This document shows positions 58,130 to 64,000 of a DNA stretch of 64,000 nt, piece after piece; position 1 is the first letter of the stretch, and each line of letters opens with the position of its first letter. Both the position numbers and the translations under genes were made by a program. The stretch lies in IMG/VR virus record IMGVR_UViG_3300021131_000003, positions 17,659 through 81,658 of that record. The stretch is one strand, 5' to 3'. The notes under the pieces are model-generated. The model did no database searches. It had not been told where the DNA came from and saw nothing but the letters and a program-made list of their open reading frames with translations. The DNA is from a virus.

Positions 58130-58627
58130 CTAGACCTCCAAGTAAAAAGGCAACTCCATCTGGGCTGGTCCGCCCTTGAGAACGTCTAGGACAAAGTCTT
58201 TACCCTGTCGCAAAAGTTCTAGGTCTAGAATATCGGTTTTACTTTGATTAAAAAGGCTAGACATGGTGTTAACCATTTCTACGCTAGAGAACCAGTTTTC
58301 CATATTTAGCACAGCATCGTGAGGAAGCTGGCCTAGAAGAGGCGCGAGCTTATTCTGAATACGAATACTGTGGCAAGAGAGGTTTGCATCTCCAACAGGA
58401 AGCTCACCGTAGGTATTAATGGAATGAAGCCCTAGCGCACCCAATACAGCAGGTACATAGTGGCGGGACTCGCGGGTTGCGTAAAGCATCATTACTACGC
58501 CTGGGTTCTTCTTAGTGGGAACTGTGTAGTTAGCCCAAACGCCAGATGGAGTTCCAAAAGGAGTGGTTCCAGTCTGTAGTAAGAAGTGGTGCAGGTTGCC
58601 TGCACGGAGGTGTTTGAATGTTGTCAT
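58130..58627 (-). CDS. Hypothetical protein, paralogue of 57290-58129
   Basis: Same shared motif; ends QMELPFYLEV. Confidence 0.7.
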   Translation of the reverse strand: MTTFKHLRAGNLHHFLLQTGTTPFGTPSGVWANYTVPTKKNPGVVMMLYATRESRHYVPAVLGALGLHSINTYGELPVGDANLSCHSIRIQNKLAPLLGQLPHDAVLNMENWFSSVEMVNTMSSLFNQSKTDILDLELLRQGKDFVLDVLKGGPAQMELPFYLEV

Positions 58628-58664
58628 ACCTAAACCCTATATCAAGGGCAGGTATGGAAGCAAC

Positions 58665-58865
58665 TTATTTAGCTGTACCTGTTCCGCCGCAGTTTGTGCA
58701 AGTAGCGCCCATGTGTGTGCCGCCAATGCCAGCGGTAATCTTAAGCCCGTACTTGTTCATGTGCTTCTCTTGGTTCTTAGGTGTCATAGGAACGAGGTCA
58801 GTCGCACCATGACCAGAACATGTAGCACAGCTTGCAGGAGCTGCTGGTTTCTTAGGAGCTGCCAT
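58665..58865 (-). CDS. DnaJ-type Zn-finger micro-protein
   Basis: CATCSGHG ... CTNCGGTG (CxxCxGxG twice). Confidence 0.75.
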   Translation of the reverse strand: MAAPKKPAAPASCATCSGHGATDLVPMTPKNQEKHMNKYGLKITAGIGGTHMGATCTNCGGTGTAK

Positions 58866-58916
58866 AATCATCCTCGCTTCAACGAATTTTTAGATGTAAT
58901 ACACTCTTAGTATAAC

Positions 58917-59144
58917 TTACTTAGCTGCAAGAGCTTTCTTATACTCCTGGAAAGATACAAAAAGCTGATAGGTCAGGTCAGAGCGATTATCGTAGTGCTT
59001 CTCATCGAAGTGCCTAATCCAATCGGAAGCTGAGAAAGCTGCAGAGGCACAGCCATTATTAACATCATTCCAAGCTACCTTGGCAAAGCCTGCTTGGTCA
59101 CCGAGGTCATCAACCTGATTCCATAACCATGAAGTAAAGCGCAT
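58917..59144 (-). CDS. Small helical protein (YozE-like?), probably leaderless
   Basis: F..WL..Q....G..A; ATG 6 nt after CATAAT. Confidence 0.6.
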   Translation of the reverse strand: MRFTSWLWNQVDDLGDQAGFAKVAWNDVNNGCASAAFSASDWIRHFDEKHYDNRSDLTYQLFVSFQEYKKALAAK

Positions 59145-59150
59145 GCGAAA

Positions 59151-59186
59151 ATTATGGGGGTTACACCCGAATACGTCAGTGTAAAT
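59151..59186 (-). promoter_or_regulatory. Putative promoter ATTTAC-A-CTGACG-N17-CATAAT
   Basis: Recurrent motif with a recognisable -35. Confidence 0.65.
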
Positions 59187-59220
59187 GGGCAGTTTATCGT
59201 CTTGCCCAGGACAGCGCGGT

Positions 59221-59724
59221 TTACTTGATTTTGATTGTCTTTGGCTGGAGCTCCTCAGGAAGGTTGCGCTCCAACTTGATTGTCAAGATGCCGTCCGCCA
59301 TCTCAGCGGAAACGACCTCTAGATAGTCCGCCAGTGGGAAGGTCTGTGTGAAGTCCCGCTTAGCGATACCGTGATGGATGTAGTCCAACTCGCCCTCTGA
59401 CAAGAAGCTGTCAATGCCCTCGCCTGTAACTGTTAGAACATTGTTCTGGACTGTTACGTCGATATCCTTCTTGGTGAATCCCGCCAGAGCAAAGCGAATC
59501 TCATACTTATCCTTGCCCATAGAGATGATGTCGTATGGGGGATATTTGCTAATTGAGCTCCCGCTGAGAATCTCTTCGAAGAACTTGAACTGATTGCCAA
59601 AGCCCACGCCCCGAGTGATAAGGGTTGTAGTTAGGTTTGGAGTTGGAACCGTGTATGTGCTCTTGTGAGGCTCACTTGAATACGGGCCTACATGAGGATT
59701 GTATTGACTGATGCTTGAAGCCAT
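59221..59724 (-). CDS. hsp20: Small heat-shock protein (Hsp20/IbpA family)
   Basis: YPPYDI, ALAGF...IDV, YIHHGIAKRDF..TF.LA, A.M.DGIL.I.LER..PEE..PK.I.I. Confidence 0.95.
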   Translation of the reverse strand: MASSISQYNPHVGPYSSEPHKSTYTVPTPNLTTTLITRGVGFGNQFKFFEEILSGSSISKYPPYDIISMGKDKYEIRFALAGFTKKDIDVTVQNNVLTVTGEGIDSFLSEGELDYIHHGIAKRDFTQTFPLADYLEVVSAEMADGILTIKLERNLPEELQPKTIKIK

Positions 59725-59971
59725 AATTATCTCCTTAGACGATAACTAGTTAAATAGGACCCAATCGGCGTCCTGGATTAATTATAAACCGCCCCCGCGC
59801 CATATTCCATCGAAAAAGGCTACTGCCTGCCAATTCAAGGTGTTACCTGCATTTCTCACCTGGTGGCCTAATTGTCGACAAATCGACTTAACCCTCGGGG
59901 GGTGAGAAGTCTGAGAAAAGGCTGAGACCCAAACTCTCAGGATACTTTAAGGAAATAAGCGTGTGGAATAG

Positions 59972-60000
59972 TTGCGTGGGGTGGTGGGGTGGTATAGCGT
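59972..60000 (+). promoter_or_regulatory. Sigma-A-type early promoter TTGCGT-N17-TAGCGT
   Basis: Upstream of the first plus-strand gene; preceded by CTGAGA repeats. Confidence 0.55.
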
Positions 60001-60048
60001 ACGTGGTGTTGGGGCAGGGTGTCCCTACGATTAGGAAAGGCAAGGCAA

Positions 60049-60330
60049 ATGGAATTAAATCTATATGGTGCTATCGAGGAACAGTATAACAGCACCCCCG
60101 TCAATGTCATTGTGCGCGACAGTATCTATGACCAAGTATCCCTCATCATCACGCAGGGTTCAGATAGCGTTAATCTCTTCCTCTCTCTCGAACAACTCGA
60201 ACAGGTGTTCGGCAAGATTAACAACTACCTCCAAGAGCGTGAGGATAAGAAGGCTCACGCCGAGGCGGTCGCTCTCGCTCAATTCGACGCACAACGCGAC
60301 GACCAAGCAGAAAGTATCTCCCTTGCGTAG
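60049..60330 (+). CDS. Early hypothetical protein
   Basis: AAGG SD before MELNLY. Confidence 0.7.
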   Translation: MELNLYGAIEEQYNSTPVNVIVRDSIYDQVSLIITQGSDSVNLFLSLEQLEQVFGKINNYLQEREDKKAHAEAVALAQFDAQRDDQAESISLA

Positions 60331-60481
60331 CCCGACTTACTATCGAATCCGTCTAGGCGTTAGGGTAGCCTTCTGGGCTACCCTAGCGGTCGGGCTCGTC
60401 TATCTCGTCGGTCATATAAATTGGGTGGGTAATCACTATTGCTGGGGCACTATTGCCAAGTGTTATGGATTGGAGGGGTAA
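60323..60481 (+). CDS. Small membrane protein (TTG start)
   Basis: RSPTYYRIR..VRVAFWATLAVGLVYLVG TM segment; stop overlaps the next ATG. Confidence 0.65.
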   Translation: MRSPTYYRIRLGVRVAFWATLAVGLVYLVGHINWVGNHYCWGTIAKCYGLEG

Positions 60482-60681
60482 TGCTATCCGAGAACGGTAT
60501 TCAGAAATTACTAGGTGTAAAGGTACACAACGCGCTAGAAGGTAGCGTGAAGGTAGATGAACAGGCTATGAATCGAACGGCAACCTGTAAGCGTTGCGGT
60601 TCACAACTAACTAGTTTCTTTAATGAGGACGAAGACCGCTACGGCTGGTCTGCGTGGAAAGGGGATAAGACCTGTGAGTAA
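60481..60681 (+). CDS. Small Cys-containing protein
   Basis: GGAGG SD; CKRCG. Confidence 0.65.
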   Translation: MLSENGIQKLLGVKVHNALEGSVKVDEQAMNRTATCKRCGSQLTSFFNEDEDRYGWSAWKGDKTCE

Positions 60682-60781
60682 CACAATGACTATTACTCGC
60701 ACGGTTACCACGACGGTAACCGTCAATAAGCCTAAGCCTGTCGAGGTTTGGGAACAACTAGAATTACCGCTAGAGTGGTAA
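60674..60781 (+). CDS. Micro-protein ending QLELPLEW (35 aa, not in ORF track)
   Basis: GTG or ATG start, overlaps the upstream gene; open frame fills the gap. Confidence 0.55.
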   Translation: MSNTMTITRTVTTTVTVNKPKPVEVWEQLELPLEW

Positions 60782-60816
60782 TACACAGATTAGGAGAAGC
60801 AGGGGAGGTGATATAA

Positions 60817-61119
60817 ATGGCATACACAGACCTAGAAGCATTAAAAGAACGTCTGAAGGCAGGGCAATCAAAGCCACGTCCGAAGCGTACTTATCGTAAG
60901 CGGGTAACCCTATCGCCGAGCAAGAAGGTAGAAATCGTAACAATGTTACGTGAAGCCTGCGAGTTCGCAGATGAGGCTCTTATCGAGCGCGAAGCAAAAA
61001 TGTACCAAGCCTACAAGATGGGCTTATCGGGTGCTGATATAGCGGAAGCGATGGGAATTAACCAAAGCGCGCTAGCAAAGCGACTCGCACGTGTTAAGGC
61101 AAAACTTAACGCCAACTAA
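60817..61119 (+). CDS. Helix-turn-helix DNA-binding protein
   Basis: GGAGGTGA SD; GLSGADIAEAMGINQSALAKRL. Confidence 0.85.
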   Translation: MAYTDLEALKERLKAGQSKPRPKRTYRKRVTLSPSKKVEIVTMLREACEFADEALIEREAKMYQAYKMGLSGADIAEAMGINQSALAKRLARVKAKLNAN

Positions 61120-61198
61120 TAGGATTCTCGTGTCCTAATCCACGAGAATGGCTATCCCGTCCGCGCCCGAGTGGCTGCAAAGATACGGTAATTGCCAC

Positions 61199-61228
61199 GA
61201 GCCCCAAGTGTCCCTGCGCTTGGGGCTC
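61199..61228 (+). terminator. GC-rich hairpin before T-shaped element 1
   Basis: GAGCCCCAAG/CTTGGGGCTC. Confidence 0.65.
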
Positions 61229-61235
61229 ACTCATT

Positions 61236-61327
61236 TGTTTGTGTTGGGCTATATACGGCAATCAGCAGCTTGCTGTGATTGCAAAAATATGCCTCGCATA
61301 TTTTTCGTATATAGCCCAACACAAACA
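61236..61327. repeat. T-shaped inverted-repeat element, copy 1
   Basis: Perfect 22-bp arms enclosing two internal hairpins. Confidence 0.9.
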
Positions 61328-61330
61328 TTC

Positions 61331-61440
61331 CTGAGAGTTGGCTGAGAGTATGCCGAGAGATTGCTGAGAGAAAACACACAGGATATTCACAGGAAGATAG
61401 GCTTAGCGAGAGTTGCATTCTGAGAGAGTGAGAGTAGGCT
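61331..61440 (+). promoter_or_regulatory. CTGAGAG array (11-bp period) plus promoter TTGCAT-N16-TAGGCT
   Basis: Copies at 61331, 61342, 61353, 61364 and 61420. Confidence 0.6.
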
Positions 61441-61484
61441 AGGCCTGTCCTAGCATCCGCTAGGCTTTACGAAAGGTTAGGCTC

Positions 61485-62489
61485 GTGAACCAAAACACGA
61501 TTCACAAGTCAGAAGTGGATTCGGGCGAAGTATCGTTCGCAATCCGCGAAGACTTAAATCCAACGTGGCATTCGTTCGCTAATGCGACATTCGACCACGA
61601 CGCACAAGTCACAACAGCAGAAATGCTCAAGTCTGCAGAACTCTCTGATTGGAACGTTCGCTTAGAACCTGCAATCTACCCTGCCGATTACCGTCCTGTA
61701 TCTGAGGCGTTCAATGTAATCCGTACCAATCCGCGCGATGGTGGCGTGGATGTCCTTGCAACTGTAGGCAAGAAGTATCGCGCCTATCAGAACGAACAAC
61801 TGTTCGCATTCGGCGATAACCTCCTAGATGGTGGCGGTCGCTGGGATTCTGCAGGTTCTGTAAAGGATGGACGCGTCGCGTTCGGTTCTCTCATTCTTGA
61901 GCGTGAACTAGTTCTCGACCCACAGGGCGCAAGTGACGCCACACGTCACTATCTCCTAGTGACTACCTCACACGATGGCTCTAGTTCTATTAAGGCTCTC
62001 GTTACACCTGTTCGCGTTCTCTGCCAAAACTCTCTGAACGTGGCAATTCGTGGCGCAAAGCAATCGTTCTCCGTTCGCCACACTACTGGCACAGATGGAC
62101 GCTTGCAGGAGGCTCGCAAGGTTCTAGGGATTACTCACCAGTATCTCGACGAATTCGATACTCTCGCTCAAGAACTATTCCAGAGTGAAATCACCAATGC
62201 CGAATTCGATAAGATTGTCGCACAGGTTTATCCTGCTCCCGACGCTACCGCAAAGGCTGCCGTTACACGTTACACCGAGAAGGTCGACCTCATTCGCGGG
62301 CTCTACCTCAACTCTCCTACTCAGACCAATATCGTGGGAACTAAGTGGGGCGCGCTCAATGCCCTAACCGAACACCTCGATTACTTCCGCAAGGGTGACG
62401 CTACCAATTTAGCTGCTGCCGCTAGCGGATTCGAGGCAGGCGTCCTCAATCAGAAGGCGCGAATCCTTGAGATTGTGCAAGCCGCCTAA
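61485..62489 (+). CDS. DUF932 (TIGR03299-like) protein
   Basis: VG..Y...QNE.LF, AGS.KDGR, YLL..TSHDGS, TPVRV.CQNSL, VRHT, GT.WGA.NA..E..D. Confidence 0.9.
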   Translation: MNQNTIHKSEVDSGEVSFAIREDLNPTWHSFANATFDHDAQVTTAEMLKSAELSDWNVRLEPAIYPADYRPVSEAFNVIRTNPRDGGVDVLATVGKKYRAYQNEQLFAFGDNLLDGGGRWDSAGSVKDGRVAFGSLILERELVLDPQGASDATRHYLLVTTSHDGSSSIKALVTPVRVLCQNSLNVAIRGAKQSFSVRHTTGTDGRLQEARKVLGITHQYLDEFDTLAQELFQSEITNAEFDKIVAQVYPAPDATAKAAVTRYTEKVDLIRGLYLNSPTQTNIVGTKWGALNALTEHLDYFRKGDATNLAAAASGFEAGVLNQKARILEIVQAA

Positions 62490-62506
62490 GGTTAGCCAAT
62501 AAGTTC

Positions 62507-62532
62507 AGCCCCCCGACTTCCCTCGGGGGGCT
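62507..62532 (+). terminator. GC-rich hairpin before T-shaped element 2
   Basis: AGCCCCCCGA/TCGGGGGGCT. Confidence 0.75.
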
Positions 62533-62538
62533 TGACTT

Positions 62539-62633
62539 GTTTGTGTTGGGGCATATAGCGGTAAATTACAGCCTGCTGAATTTACAAAAAATAACGTAAG
62601 TTATTTTTTCGCTGTATATGCCCCAACACAAAC
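62539..62633. repeat. T-shaped inverted-repeat element, copy 2
   Basis: GTTTGTGTTGGGGCATATA/TATATGCCCCAACACAAAC arms enclosing two internal hairpins. Confidence 0.9.
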
Positions 62634-62739
62634 TCTCAGGAGATTCACAGGTTCTCAGGAAACTCTAAGCATTCTCAGGAAACTCTAAGCAAAAAGAGAG
62701 CATTGTGGCTTGACCGAGAGATAAGAGAGGGCATAGAGT
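62633..62739 (+). promoter_or_regulatory. CTCAGG array (including a 20-bp tandem duplication) plus promoter TTGACC-N18-TAGAGT
   Basis: TTCTCAGGAAACTCTAAGCA twice (62652-62691); -35 at 62710, -10 at 62734. Confidence 0.65.
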
Positions 62740-62788
62740 ACGCGTACAAGGTAATCATTAGGGATTACCACTAAGAGAAAGCACGATA

Positions 62789-63298
62789 ATGGAATACACG
62801 CAACCCGCCCTCTTTTACACAGAGGAAGAAGTAGCCGCTAAGGTTACTGAAGCCCGTCTAACCGACGCGTTAGACCACGCACACCAAACGCAACGCGCAA
62901 AAGATAACACCAATTTTAATTGCGCTCTCGTTTTGGAGGAGGAACTCCGAAACGCAGTATCCGACGATAAGATTAGTGCCGAGGATGCTAACCAACTATT
63001 CGCCAATATCGCTGGACGTCTAGGGTGGCAAGCCTCCGTAGACTTCACCACCAAACTATGGACAGTAACCCTATCCTGCAATTACGACGAAATCGCCACC
63101 TTTGACGATATCGAAGCCGAGGATGAGGACGACGCCGTAGAAATCGTGCGCGATAACCTTAATCTATATGACGTATCCGCCACCGCTACCTTCGAGTATG
63201 AGGGTAGCCAATACACCTACGAAGTAACCTCAGTAGAACACGACTTGGGTGATTACTTTACCGATAACCTAGAGTTCGAGGCTCGTCGCCAAGGATAA
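62789..63298 (+). CDS. Acidic early hypothetical protein
   Basis: GAAAG SD; N-terminal QPALF. Confidence 0.75.
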   Translation: MEYTQPALFYTEEEVAAKVTEARLTDALDHAHQTQRAKDNTNFNCALVLEEELRNAVSDDKISAEDANQLFANIAGRLGWQASVDFTTKLWTVTLSCNYDEIATFDDIEAEDEDDAVEIVRDNLNLYDVSATATFEYEGSQYTYEVTSVEHDLGDYFTDNLEFEARRQG

Positions 63299-63406
63299 GG
63301 TTAGTGGGCTTGGCAGGGTAGTCGTGTACCCCTAACCCCTAACAATCGGATAGGCTTAGTGCCAAGTAGAGCCTATCCACCCCAACTACTAATAGAAAGT
63401 ACGACA

Positions 63407-63946
63407 ATGTCCACAACCGCAAGAGTTTTATTCGACCAAATCACGCAAGAAGTAGAGGACGGCAAGAAGTACGTCATCCACTACGACACCTCCGACCTAG
63501 AGGACGGCGGTAAGGGTATGGAAGTCCTAGAGGCTTTGCCACTAGACGCAGGTACTTTAGCCTTTGGTAACTACAAGGTGCGCGACGCGCTCCTAGTAGA
63601 AGCCAACAAGGATGAGGAGTTCGCCTTTGTCCTAGTCAATAAGATTATGACGCACGTTAAGCAGAAGTCTGATGATAACGCTATCGTGCAGAGTGATATC
63701 GAAGCAGTAGCCACCGCCAGCCATATTCTCGCTATGTGGGAGTTAATCGAGCCAGCCGTAGGTACTTTAGAAATCGCTAAGATGATTATTGACTCTAATG
63801 AGGTAGAAACACCTAACCTTCTTAAATCAACTATGCAGGTAATCACCGCAGGTACTATGTTTGACCGCGATATCTCCAAATTGCGCCAGCAGATGGTTCA
63901 GGATATCGGTCAGGAAATCCTAGATAACCTAGACGACGAGGAATAA
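63407..63946 (+). CDS. Acidic early hypothetical protein
   Basis: GAAAG SD before MSTTARV. Confidence 0.75.
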   Translation: MSTTARVLFDQITQEVEDGKKYVIHYDTSDLEDGGKGMEVLEALPLDAGTLAFGNYKVRDALLVEANKDEEFAFVLVNKIMTHVKQKSDDNAIVQSDIEAVATASHILAMWELIEPAVGTLEIAKMIIDSNEVETPNLLKSTMQVITAGTMFDRDISKLRQQMVQDIGQEILDNLDDEE

Positions 63947-63959
63947 TCCTAGCGTGAAC

Positions 63960-63983
63960 CGCTGGCGGGTTTCCCCGCCAGCG
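63960..63983 (+). terminator. GC-rich hairpin, followed by the probable start of T-element copy 3
   Basis: CGCTGGCGGG-TTTC-CCCGCCAGCG, then TTGTTTGTG at 63992-64000. Confidence 0.75.
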
Positions 63984-64000
63984 AGCGCAGATTGTTTGTG

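Noticed and set aside
341-58910. Many plus-strand ORFs in the track (e.g. 13850-14590, 42984-43415, 56267-56680)
   Set aside because: Antisense shadows of well-supported minus-strand genes, with no SD or recognisable motifs.
59790-60000. tRNA genes or a genome terminus/origin at the strand switch
   Set aside because: No cloverleaf or T-loop consensus seen. A terminus or origin cannot be supported without reads or skew analysis.
61148-61418. ORFs 61148-61345 (+) and 61227-61418 (-)
   Set aside because: They run through hairpins and inverted repeats; the shared YSPTQT sequence is an artefact of the palindrome.
61236-62633. T-elements as integron attC sites (they contain GTTGGGC and GCCCAAC)
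   Set aside because: In attC the RYYYAAC box comes first and GTTRRRY last. Here the order is reversed, and no integrase is in the window.
61331-62691. CTGAGAG/CTCAGG arrays as mini-CRISPR
   Set aside because: Units are 7-20 bp with no spacer-length intervals.
1-64000. Stop-codon reassignment
   Set aside because: Core genes are full length in the standard code, and TAA, TAG and TGA all end genes.

Overview
The window is a segment of a tailed dsDNA phage genome with a contractile tail (myovirus morphology). The host is most likely an actinobacterium (WhiB, an Rpf/SLT-like transglycosylase, an actinobacterial-type Zn-ribbon gene). The gene content resembles uncultured freshwater actinophages; this is inference from recognised families, not a database result. 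Positions 1-59.7 kb are almost all minus strand. They hold the head module (terminase, portal, scaffold, capsid), a large fibre/appendage module, the neck, tail and baseplate genes, lysis genes, and accessory genes including Hsp20. Positions 59.9-64 kb switch to the plus strand and look like an early region built from repeated terminator / T-shaped element / operator array / promoter units. The best candidate new system is at 44.1-49.8 kb. An Fn3/IPT protein carries nine IIATP repeats and ends in Gly-Gly|Cys-Hint, an intein-like domain that cannot splice normally. It is co-oriented with a compact APS kinase plus ATP-sulfurylase-like fusion, a sulfotransferase and two prolyl-hydroxylase-like 2OG-Fe(II) oxygenases, suggesting a self-contained hydroxylation/sulfation system for a virion appendage. 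Other notable signals: a covarying T-shaped repeat in the early region, a TTTA-N25-(-10) promoter consensus at 7-8 sites, a probable +1 frameshift at UUU_CGA, an ATA-initiated surface protein, a candidate sRNA, and micro-proteins with clamp-binding or HypB-like motifs. All calls come from reading motifs by eye.
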